DNA of 26,935 bases from Pseudomonadota bacterium (GCA_043767805.1 JAYUGC010000131.1:1-26935); one strand, 5' to 3'. Positions 9,002 through 16,999 are shown, counted from the first letter of the stretch. A program made the numbers and translations. The notes: generated by a model not told the origin, from the letters alone.

Positions 9002-9023
9002 AAGTTTGAGGCAAATTATGGTA

Positions 9024-9040
9024 ACCTAATGAAATTAGGT
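9024..9040. repeat. AT-rich perfect inverted repeat ACCTAAT-GAA-ATTAGGT
   Basis: 7-bp arms with a 3-nt spacer, lying between the TGCGAA boxes. Confidence 0.55.
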
Positions 9041-9073
9041 GCTTATTATTCCTATCTGGTTTTTTGGAAAATC

Positions 9074-9087
9074 TGCGAAGGTTCGCA
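9074..9087. promoter_or_regulatory. Palindromic box 3 (candidate UAS)
   Basis: TGCGAAGGTTCGCA; its left flank TGGAAAATC nearly duplicates TGGAAATC before box 1. Confidence 0.7.
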
Positions 9088-9127
9088 ATGAATCCAGGCT
9101 CGGAGGTCTTTTGAGAGCAGGGCGACT

Positions 9128-9141
9128 TGCGAAGGATCGCA
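9128..9141. promoter_or_regulatory. Palindromic box 4 (candidate UAS)
   Basis: TGCGAAGGATCGCA, one mismatch, about 85 bp upstream of the -24 element. Confidence 0.65.
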
Positions 9142-9222
9142 AAACTTACTCGGAGTTCCAGCCTGAGAGTCAAAATGGCCCCGGATTTGGGCTTGAGCCA
9201 TGCCCAGAAACTCCGAATGAGC

Positions 9223-9240
9223 CTGGCACGGTGCGTGCTT
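9223..9240 (+). promoter_or_regulatory. Sigma54 (-24/-12) promoter of the rightward operon
   Basis: CTGGCACGGTGCGTGCTT: GG at 9225-9226 and GC at 9237-9238 separated by exactly 10 nt; TGGCACG is consensus; divergent from a GAFTGA activator gene. Confidence 0.85.
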
Positions 9241-9368
9241 AGTGTCCCTCCCGAGGCTCGCAGCTGGGGCTGCTAGCTAGGCTGACTAAAAGAGGCACCT
9301 TGGCACGGTGACAAAGGAGGGCACTTTCCTCCCGCGCGCTACGGCCGAGGCAAGAGGGAGTAGTTGAG

Positions 9369-10139
9369 ATGTCGATTCAGGAATACACGCCGACCCAGGA
9401 AAAAATCTTCAAGATGGACCACCCCGAGGTGGTCTCCACGACCGCGCTTTTTCACGCCGAGGTGATGAGCCGCCAGATTTTCGAGCGCTTCGAGATCACG
9501 GCCGGGGACCAGTCTTACGAGAAAGCCGTAGCTGTGGCTGGCGCCTGGCACGCCTTTTCCGAGTTCATGCCCTGGTTTCTCTGTGAAGCTTCCGCCCGCG
9601 TGAGCAATAACCGGATTCGCCACTACGTCATCCAAACCGCCTTCGAAGAGCTCGGCATGCGCCGGGAAGACGAGATTCACCACGAGATGTTCTGGTCCGC
9701 CGCCGAAGAAGTCGGCATCGGCCGCAACGTACGCGATCGTTACAGCCGCGATCCGAAAGTGATGGGCGCCCTTCAGATGTTGCGCGAGACGATTCTCAAC
9801 ACGACCTCGGACGCCGAGATTCTCGGCCTTCTCCTGGGACTCGAGATGCCCGCGGAAGAGAACATCGATACGGTGTTCTTCTCCATGAGCTACTCGGAAG
9901 AAGCCGAGCGCCGTCTCGGCGAAACTCACTTTTTCAAGATTCATAAGATGATCGAGATCGAGCACGTACGGCTCACCATCTCGAACTATCTGCGGTTTTG
10001 CGGAACGGATAAGAGGAAGGCCCAGTACCGGACCGGCTTCGAGGCCGGCACCCATTTCTGGGACAAGTTCTGGACCGCCTGCGGAGATTTGGTCCTTCAG
10101 GAGAAGCGCGGAGGATCCACGATTGCCCGGACGGCGTGA
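9369..10139 (+). CDS. Heme-oxygenase-like diiron oxidase (HDO; iron-containing redox enzyme / CADD-PqqC-like fold)
   Basis: FEELG..x..H (EIHHEMF), LGLE, and FFKIHKMIEIEH with H-x3-E-x2-H spacing; helical 256 aa; GAGGGAG RBS. Confidence 0.8.
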   Translation: MSIQEYTPTQEKIFKMDHPEVVSTTALFHAEVMSRQIFERFEITAGDQSYEKAVAVAGAWHAFSEFMPWFLCEASARVSNNRIRHYVIQTAFEELGMRREDEIHHEMFWSAAEEVGIGRNVRDRYSRDPKVMGALQMLRETILNTTSDAEILGLLLGLEMPAEENIDTVFFSMSYSEEAERRLGETHFFKIHKMIEIEHVRLTISNYLRFCGTDKRKAQYRTGFEAGTHFWDKFWTACGDLVLQEKRGGSTIARTA

Positions 10140-11289
10140 ATTCAAGCGGCTCCTCGTCGCGGCCTTCGTGTCGCAGACGGGGAGCCATTTTCTCACTCTT
10201 TCGATCACGGCCTTCGTGTATCTTGCGTCGGACTCCGCCCCGAAGGCCGCCATGGTCTTCGTCCTTTCCTATTTGCCCTCCGTTTTGATGAGCGGCACTT
10301 TCGGCCCTTGGGTCGATAAACGCATTTCCCGCCGGTTCCTCATCGCCAACGAAATGGTTTCGATTGCGGCGAGCGTGGCTTGCGGGCTCGCGCTCTGGGC
10401 AAAAGCTCCGCTCTTCGTCCTGGGATTTTTCATCGCGCTTCGCTCGCTCTGCCTCTTTACGAGCCGGTCGGGTCTCACCAAGTGGGTGAAAACGATTTCT
10501 CCTCCCGAAGTGCAGAAGGCGCGCATTCAGCTTTTCTTTCTCACCTTTTTCTTATCGACCGGCGTGTCGGGAATTCTGGCCGCGGTCGTACTCTCGAAGC
10601 TTTCCATTTTAACCATCATTGCTTTCGACGCGGCGACGTACCTGCTCAGTGCCTTACTCCTTTCGCGCCTTCAAGAATTGCCGAAAGCCGCAAGCGGACC
10701 GGCTGCGGTGGGTTTCCCGATCACGCGTGTGCTCGCGGATCCTTTGCTTCGCCCTGCCGCCGTCTCGGTGGCCTTTTCGCAAGCGCTCTTTCAAGGCGCC
10801 TATTCGGTTTTGGTGACCTATCTTCCCGTGCATCAGCTGGGACTCGGCCTTTCGGGCGTGGGTTTCTTTCAGCTCGCCGCGACGCTCGGCATCTTGGCGG
10901 GCTTCGTCGTTAACTGGAAGTCGAAGCGCCTCGTGTCTACGGAACTTTTGGCGAACACCGCGGGAGTGGCTCTGCTTTCTCTCGCGCAGATTTCGTCGTT
11001 GCCGGCGGCCCTCGTCTCTTTCTGGGTCCTCAACTTTGCCTATGAATGCGTTTGGCTCAATAAGAGCAGTGAGTTTTTTCAGGCGATGCCAGAGAACGAG
11101 AGCGCGAGCCTTCAATTTGCACTCAACTCGGGCGCCTCTTTCCTGATGGCCATCTTCACTCTCCTTTATGCTTTCGGCATTGAAGCTTGGGGCATTGGCT
11201 CGGCGCTTCCCGCCATAGCGATCGCGGGTGGCTTGGCTTGGGCGTTTCTGCTCCTGAAGAAACCCGTCCCCGCGGAGGCTCGGCCATGA
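10123..11289 (+). CDS. MFS transporter (probable exporter)
   Basis: About 12 TM segments; motif-A-like GPWVDKRISRR; FDAATYLLSA as in DHA3/macrolide-efflux-like MFS; TTG start after GGAGG. Confidence 0.88.
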   Translation: MPGRREFKRLLVAAFVSQTGSHFLTLSITAFVYLASDSAPKAAMVFVLSYLPSVLMSGTFGPWVDKRISRRFLIANEMVSIAASVACGLALWAKAPLFVLGFFIALRSLCLFTSRSGLTKWVKTISPPEVQKARIQLFFLTFFLSTGVSGILAAVVLSKLSILTIIAFDAATYLLSALLLSRLQELPKAASGPAAVGFPITRVLADPLLRPAAVSVAFSQALFQGAYSVLVTYLPVHQLGLGLSGVGFFQLAATLGILAGFVVNWKSKRLVSTELLANTAGVALLSLAQISSLPAALVSFWVLNFAYECVWLNKSSEFFQAMPENESASLQFALNSGASFLMAIFTLLYAFGIEAWGIGSALPAIAIAGGLAWAFLLLKKPVPAEARP

Positions 11290-12533
11290 CGATTCTTTTC
11301 TTGGAGCCCAAAGGCACGGCCCTCGAAGTCATTCGAGAGGCGAAGCGCCAAGGGTATAAAGTCGTCGCGCTCGTTTGCGATCCGACGATGCTCTCCGGTA
11401 CTCCGCTCCCTTATCGCACGGCGATTGCCTCCATCGATAAGACGGTGACGCTGAAATCTTGGTCCGACTGGGAAGCGCTTCTCGCCGCCGCCAAAACTTT
11501 GAACCGAGAAGACGCGGTCAAAGGCGTCTACTTCAGTCTCGATGCGGCGGCCGTTGCGGGAACGCGCTTGAGGAAGCATTTTAAGCTTCCTTCTCCCACC
11601 CCAGAGACGATGGCTCTGGTCCTCGATAAATACCGGCTTCGCCACGCGCTACGGGAAAAGGGGCTGTCCAGTCTCATGAGCTACCGAGGCGAAGAGGCGG
11701 ACGCTTGGACTTCGTGGAAACTCAAAGGCGAAGCCTATTTCAAGCCCGTGAATGGATCGTTTAGCGCGTTCGTCGAAAAATGCGCTTCGCTGGAGGATTT
11801 GCACCGCGCCCGTAAAGCTTGGTCGTCCATGGGAGCCGAGACGCCCGCGATGCTGCGTGACTACATCGGTGCCGGTAACGGCTACCTCGTCGAAGAAGCC
11901 TTCGACGGCGAGCTGATGTCTCTCGAAGGCATTTGCGTGAACGGTGAGTACAAAGCGCTCGGGCTTACCTCGCGCATTCTGTACTCGAAGAATCCCGTCG
12001 TCGAAATGGGCTCCGTTTTTCCGTACCCTCACAAGCTCGCCGCGAAAATCCAGGAATTCGTTCAAAGGGTGCATGAAGCGGTTGGTTTTACCGAGGGCCC
12101 GAGCCACGTCGAGCTCATGGTGGATGCTTCCGGCCATATGGAAATCATCGATTTCAACGCCCGCTTCATCGGCGCGGACGTAATGCAGTCGATTAATTTT
12201 GCGCTCGGCATTAAGATTCAGGAAGCGTTGCTCGATTTCGCCGTCGGAAAGGCGCCGAAGCTCGTTTACGAGCAAAAGAAGTTTGCTTGCCTGCAATACG
12301 CCTTGCCGCCGCAGGCGCTCGAAGTGAAGACGCTCGAATTTCCCAAGGGCGACGACGTGGTCTTTCATACCGCCTATATCGAGGCCGGACAAAAAGTGGA
12401 AAGCACCGAGCGGCAAATCGATTATTTGGGCTGCTATCTCACGCTGGGCGACAGTTTTGAGGACGCGCTGGCCAGAAGCCACGCGCACCGAGAAGGTTTG
12501 ATTCTCAACGGAAAGCTGAAGGGATCGTTCTAA
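11286..12533 (+). CDS. ATP-grasp ligase (L-amino-acid ligase-like)
   Basis: DKYRLR, FKPVNGSFS, LVEEAFDGELMSLEG, GPSHVEL, IIDFNARFIG, C-terminal YLGCY. True start is ATG 11286 (ATGA overlap, GGAGG RBS), not 11187. Confidence 0.88.
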   Translation: MTILFLEPKGTALEVIREAKRQGYKVVALVCDPTMLSGTPLPYRTAIASIDKTVTLKSWSDWEALLAAAKTLNREDAVKGVYFSLDAAAVAGTRLRKHFKLPSPTPETMALVLDKYRLRHALREKGLSSLMSYRGEEADAWTSWKLKGEAYFKPVNGSFSAFVEKCASLEDLHRARKAWSSMGAETPAMLRDYIGAGNGYLVEEAFDGELMSLEGICVNGEYKALGLTSRILYSKNPVVEMGSVFPYPHKLAAKIQEFVQRVHEAVGFTEGPSHVELMVDASGHMEIIDFNARFIGADVMQSINFALGIKIQEALLDFAVGKAPKLVYEQKKFACLQYALPPQALEVKTLEFPKGDDVVFHTAYIEAGQKVESTERQIDYLGCYLTLGDSFEDALARSHAHREGLILNGKLKGSF

Positions 12534-13243
12534 TGCTGAAATCGACGTTGGTAATCGCGGGCGGAAGTCAGGGAACCGGAGCGGCCATTGCGGAAGCCGC
12601 TTTGAAGCGAGGCATGGCGGTCGCCGTCGTCGCCCGCCGTAAGGAATTTTTGGACGCGCTTCAAAAAGAGCTCGGCTCGAACGTGTCCATCCACGTGGCG
12701 GATCTTTCCGACGTCGCGGCAACGCAAAGAGCCTTTCAGGAAATCGCGGCCACCCGGCCTCCGATCCGCGCCTTGGTTAATTGCGCGGCCACCTGGTTCG
12801 GCGGCAAGACGGTCGAAGAATGGACGGCCGAGGACATGGCCAATTCTTTCAAGCTCAACTTTCTCAGTACGTTCAATCCCATTCAGGAAACCCTGAAGGC
12901 TTGGCGGAAAACCGGTGGCGAGCTCGCCATCGTCAATCTCGGGGCGACCGCCGCCTTGCGAGGGCGTCAAAAGGTATCGCCGTTCGCCGTGGCCAAGGGC
13001 GCCGTGCGCCAGTTGTCGCAGAGCTTGGCTCGTGAGCTCGGTCCCGAAGGCGTGCATGTCGCCCACGTAATTTTGGATGGTCTCATCGATAACGCCCGCA
13101 CTCGCGGGCTCAATCCTGAATTAACGCAAGACAAGTACTTGAATCTCGCCTCCATCGCGAAGTCCGTCTTGAACGTCATCGAGGAAGACAAGAGCTGCTG
13201 GACCCACGAGTGGGATCTGCGGCCCAGCGTTGAGAAGTGGTAG
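12533..13243 (+). CDS. Short-chain dehydrogenase/reductase of the FxxxK subgroup
   Basis: AGGSQGTG, NCA, GATAALRG, FAVAK in place of YxxxK, ARELGPEGVHVAHVILDG; TAATG coupling to the upstream gene. Confidence 0.9.
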   Translation: MLKSTLVIAGGSQGTGAAIAEAALKRGMAVAVVARRKEFLDALQKELGSNVSIHVADLSDVAATQRAFQEIAATRPPIRALVNCAATWFGGKTVEEWTAEDMANSFKLNFLSTFNPIQETLKAWRKTGGELAIVNLGATAALRGRQKVSPFAVAKGAVRQLSQSLARELGPEGVHVAHVILDGLIDNARTRGLNPELTQDKYLNLASIAKSVLNVIEEDKSCWTHEWDLRPSVEKW

Positions 13244-13247
13244 TTTC

Positions 13248-14420
13248 ATGAAACGCGTAATAATCAGCTTGCTGCTCCTCGCCACCGCGGCCCAAGCTGG
13301 AACGAAAACGTTCCGCGTCGGCCAGATTTTCCGCTTTCAGGACAAGTTCAATGCGACCGTGGAAGAAATGCTCGCCGGCATGGAGCTCGCGCGCCAATTT
13401 TACGAAAAGGATCACCCGAACGTTCACATCAAGTTCTCCCGCATCGGCCACGCCGCCGACGATAAACTCGTCCGTAATCAGGAGACCAATCTCGCCTCCG
13501 TCGCCGAAGCCGCTCGTGAGTTTCTGGCCACCGACATTCCCGTCGCCATCGGCGGAGAGATGAGCGATGAGTCCATCGTTTTAGGCGACCTTTTCAAAGA
13601 TCAGCATCGGGTGCTCCTGACGCCGACCTCGACCAATCCGGCCGTTACCCTGGGTAAGCCCTTCACCTTTAGGGCGTGCTTCTCCGACGAATTAGTCGCG
13701 GACCGCATGGCGGAGTACGCCGTGACTCGCTTGAAGCCTCAGGCCATTGGCGTCCTTCATAACGTCTCTTCTCCTTATACCGATTTCTTGAGCCGGCGTT
13801 TCACGGAGAGGTTTCAGGAGCTCGCGGCCAAGATTCCCGGCTACCACCCCAGAGTGGTTGTTCAGAAGTACCTTCGCCGGCACATGGATTTTTCGCCTCA
13901 GGTGAAAGCTTTTCAGGATGCCGGCATCACGCACGTGGCGGCTTTTAACCACGACATGGAAATGTTGAACTATCTCGCCTTCAGCACGAAAGCGGATTTC
14001 AATCCGCTCTATCTGACGAGCGATGGCTGGGGCTCCAATAACTATATCTTCGATCAGTTCATCAAACAGAATCCCAAAGGGGATAAGTTCGTCGTCATTC
14101 GCAATTCCTACTGGAACGAAGCTTCCCAGGCGCCGCTTGCGGTGCGTTTTCGTAAAGCTCGCTTAAAACAGACGAAAGATCTCTCGCCCTCGGCGGCGAT
14201 GGGTTTCGATACGGCTTGGATGCTCTTTCACGCCATGGATAACGCCAAAGACGCGGGCAATGCGGACTCCATCCGTGAAGCTCTCATGGCGCTCAAAGGT
14301 CTCTCTTTGGTGACGAGCCGGACGCTCAGTTTCCCGAAGGACGACAACACGCCGGTCAAAGAGCTTCATCTCTATCGTATCGACAAGCTGGGCGTTCACT
14401 TCGAGGAGACGCTCAAGTGA
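13248..14420 (+). CDS. Periplasmic ligand-binding protein, LivJ/LivK (type I, amino-acid-binding) family
   Basis: Signal peptide MKRVIISLLLLATAAQA; TPTSTNPAVT..KPFTFRACFSD, SDGW, AAMGFD, IREAL patterns; start moved to ATG 13248. Confidence 0.85.
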   Translation: MKRVIISLLLLATAAQAGTKTFRVGQIFRFQDKFNATVEEMLAGMELARQFYEKDHPNVHIKFSRIGHAADDKLVRNQETNLASVAEAAREFLATDIPVAIGGEMSDESIVLGDLFKDQHRVLLTPTSTNPAVTLGKPFTFRACFSDELVADRMAEYAVTRLKPQAIGVLHNVSSPYTDFLSRRFTERFQELAAKIPGYHPRVVVQKYLRRHMDFSPQVKAFQDAGITHVAAFNHDMEMLNYLAFSTKADFNPLYLTSDGWGSNNYIFDQFIKQNPKGDKFVVIRNSYWNEASQAPLAVRFRKARLKQTKDLSPSAAMGFDTAWMLFHAMDNAKDAGNADSIREALMALKGLSLVTSRTLSFPKDDNTPVKELHLYRIDKLGVHFEETLK

Positions 14421-16198
14421 AGCTTCCTCTCTCCAACGCCCTGAAGCGCCACCCTCTGACCTACTTCACGGTCGGTTCCATGGTGGTCCTGTTTGTGTGC
14501 GCGACCGCGACCTGCCTTTGGTTTACGAAAATTTTCCTGGAAAAAGAACGGCACCGCGCCGAGACCTCTCTGATTCAACTCAAGCAGGCGTTCGAAGTGC
14601 AGTACAACTCCATGGCGGAGGCGATGTGGACCGGAAACCACGAGGCCATCGCTTTTCACGTCGATTTGGTGACCAAGCAGCTCGGCGAGGCGAGAAGCGA
14701 AGTGTACTTAACCGACGAAACGGGCCGCTGCCTTTTGAGTCGGGGCCGCGACGGCATCCTTTCCCGCTCCTGTGACGTGCCCGCGGATTTGAAGGCCACC
14801 CAAAGCGCCGAGAAGCAGGTCCAGTACGATTCTAGCCGCGCGGCCTACGTGTACAGCGCCCCGCTTTCGGTGGGAACGGTCTCCAAGGGCTTTCTCTTCG
14901 CGGTCATCACCGATCCTTATGACTTTTACCGGGGAAGTTTGGGCTCGGTTTTCTGGAAGACCCTTCCGCCCGCCATGATCCTCGTCTTGCTCGTTTGGTT
15001 TTTGTGGCTTGGTTTGTCTCGCCGTTTCTTGCTGAGACCTTACCTCCAGCGTGAGGTTTCCCTGGAGCGGAAGATGGCTCTCGCCCAGATGGCCTCTCAA
15101 GTCGCTCACGATATCCGTTCACCGCTGAGCGCTCTTAGTATCGCCATCACCTACGCCGAAGACCTTCCCGAGGACATTCGCACCATGATTCGTAGCGCGG
15201 TGGGGCGCATTCAGGACATCGCTCAAGGCTTGCTGGAAAAGCGGCGTGAGCTCGAGTCCACGGACCCGGCCCCTGGAAAAATGCTTTCTCCCGAAGCGGA
15301 GTCCGTGCAGCTCGTCTCCGCGCTTTTAGAAAGTCTTTTGACCGAGAAGCGCGTGCGCTATGCCGAAAAGGCCGGAGTCGAGATCGAAATGCAGCTCGAC
15401 GTTTCGGCCTACGGGCTATTTGCCAAGGTGAGGCCGACTCAGTTTAAGCGCGTGCTCTCCAACCTCGTCGATAACGCGGTGGAAGCCATCGAACGAGAAG
15501 GCAAAGTTAAGATCGGCATGTCTCGAGAGGGCGATGAAGTCGTCGTGACGGTGGTCGATGACGGCCGCGGTATCCCGGAAGACGTGTTGCCGTCGCTCGG
15601 ACGCGAAGGGATGTCCTACGGAAAGCTCGGGGGCTCTGGGCTCGGCTTGTTCCACGCCTCGCAAACGGTCGCTCAGTGGCAGGGCCGGCTCGATCTCGTT
15701 TCGAAGCCGGGGAAGGGCACGGTCGTTACGCTATCTCTGCCGCGCGCCGAGACTCCGATTTGGTTTTTGACCGAGCTCCGTCTGGCCGAGGGCATGACAG
15801 TCGTCGCTCTGGACGATGACCCCTCCATTCACGGCATTTGGAAAGAGCGCCTTGGTCCTTTCGGCAATGAGCTTGTGTCTTTCGTTTCGGGCTCGGCGTT
15901 TCTCGAGTGGTACGCGACGAGAAAGCCCGCCGGCAAAGTCCTTTATCTTTTCGACTACGAGCTCCTGGGCCAGGAAGCGAACGGCCCCGAGATCATCGAG
16001 CGCTTACGTCTGGAGGACGACGCGGTACTCGTCACTAGCCGCTTCGAGGAACCGGCGGTCCTCGCTCACTGCCGCAAGCTTGGCATCCGCATTCTTCCGA
16101 AGAACCTCGCCGGCCTCATTCCCTGCCTCTCCGAGCGCCGGGCCGGGCTGGCGGCAACGTCCGCTGAGTCTGAATCTTCCGTCATTCCAGGTAGATAA
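14417..16198 (+). CDS. Membrane-bound hybrid sensor histidine kinase with C-terminal receiver
   Basis: Two TM segments flank a ~140 aa extracytoplasmic region; H-box QVAHDIRSPL; N-box SNLVDNAVEA; DDGRGI; GSGLGL; receiver ALDDD..FDYE..VTS..PK; GTGA overlap with the binding-protein gene. Confidence 0.93.
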   Translation: MKLPLSNALKRHPLTYFTVGSMVVLFVCATATCLWFTKIFLEKERHRAETSLIQLKQAFEVQYNSMAEAMWTGNHEAIAFHVDLVTKQLGEARSEVYLTDETGRCLLSRGRDGILSRSCDVPADLKATQSAEKQVQYDSSRAAYVYSAPLSVGTVSKGFLFAVITDPYDFYRGSLGSVFWKTLPPAMILVLLVWFLWLGLSRRFLLRPYLQREVSLERKMALAQMASQVAHDIRSPLSALSIAITYAEDLPEDIRTMIRSAVGRIQDIAQGLLEKRRELESTDPAPGKMLSPEAESVQLVSALLESLLTEKRVRYAEKAGVEIEMQLDVSAYGLFAKVRPTQFKRVLSNLVDNAVEAIEREGKVKIGMSREGDEVVVTVVDDGRGIPEDVLPSLGREGMSYGKLGGSGLGLFHASQTVAQWQGRLDLVSKPGKGTVVTLSLPRAETPIWFLTELRLAEGMTVVALDDDPSIHGIWKERLGPFGNELVSFVSGSAFLEWYATRKPAGKVLYLFDYELLGQEANGPEIIERLRLEDDAVLVTSRFEEPAVLAHCRKLGIRILPKNLAGLIPCLSERRAGLAATSAESESSVIPGR

Positions 16199-16246
16199 AA
16201 TCTTTCTAGACTCGACGCATCTGAATGTTTTATTCCTTTAAGCATC

Positions 16247-16999
16247 ATGAAATCGAGCTTTCTCATCGCCTGCGTTCTCCTGGCTTCCCCCGCGTTTGGG
16301 GCGGCCGTCCCGAAGCATGAAGAAATGAATTTGGAGAGCGGTACCTGGAAGCTGCCGTCTAATATTTCAGTCGCTCGTCTCGAAGCCCTCCTTCAGAAGT
16401 TCTCCGATCAGGTGTACGGAACAGGTTTTAAGTACCTCGGCGTCGAGGAAGATTTTTTTCACGGGCACATGCTTTTCGAAGCGGTAGGGAGCGGAGCAAA
16501 CCGTCAGATTTTTCCGCGCGTGATTTTGTATCACACACAAGAACAGGCGTATAAAGCCCACTGGGAAAAGTCGTTGGACACCAAATACGATTATCTCAAC
16601 GTGACGACGCGCAACTGGCTTCAATGGATGAATGACGATCCGCTGGTAGACGGAACGATTATCGAGAATGCGCGTGCCTATTACGACGTTTCCACTACCA
16701 AGCCCGCCGATCGGGCCAAGAAAGACCCCATTCAGTTTTTTGACGAGTCGCTTCCCCCGAATCTGCTCTGGCATTACACGGTGCACTCGGCAAATCTGGA
16801 TCAGAAGAAGCTCGGTCTGACTTTCATGGCGGATCTCTCCGTCGATTTTTACAACGAGCCGTGCGGCCGCGTCCCGAGTGAGGACTATTACGCGCCGAAA
16901 GGCCCGATCACCGTGACGCTCCCTACCGGGGAAAAAGTCTGTCTGGGTCTCAAGACGACGGCGTTTCTGCCCTTGCCTTGGCCTTCCGCCCTCAAATAG
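16247..16999 (+). CDS. Secreted hypothetical protein
   Basis: Signal peptide MKSSFLIACVLLASPAFG; 250 aa; no family recognised. Confidence 0.75.
   Translation: MKSSFLIACVLLASPAFGAAVPKHEEMNLESGTWKLPSNISVARLEALLQKFSDQVYGTGFKYLGVEEDFFHGHMLFEAVGSGANRQIFPRVILYHTQEQAYKAHWEKSLDTKYDYLNVTTRNWLQWMNDDPLVDGTIIENARAYYDVSTTKPADRAKKDPIQFFDESLPPNLLWHYTVHSANLDQKKLGLTFMADLSVDFYNEPCGRVPSEDYYAPKGPITVTLPTGEKVCLGLKTTAFLPLPWPSALK

Noticed and set aside
9176..9190. Sigma54-like TGGCCCCGGATTTGG
   Set aside because: The -12 reads GG instead of GC; the site at 9223-9240 is a better match.
8964..9242. Short ORFs 8964-9173 (-) and 9039-9242 (+), and a CRISPR-like reading of the repeats
   Set aside because: The ORFs translate regulatory palindromes with no RBS support. 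The repeats are 14 bp with irregular spacing (13, 86 and 54 bp start to start) and there are no cas genes.
9300..9316. Second sigma54 promoter at TTGGCACGGTGACAAAG
   Set aside because: The -24 half is perfect, but the -12 position reads AA rather than GC.
9339..12722. Long antisense ORFs 9339-10253 (-) and 11649-12722 (-)
   Set aside because: Shadow frames of well-supported plus-strand genes in GC-rich DNA; no motifs.
13248..14420. Branched-chain amino acid ABC uptake operon
   Set aside because: No permease or ATPase genes follow; the next gene is a sensor kinase.
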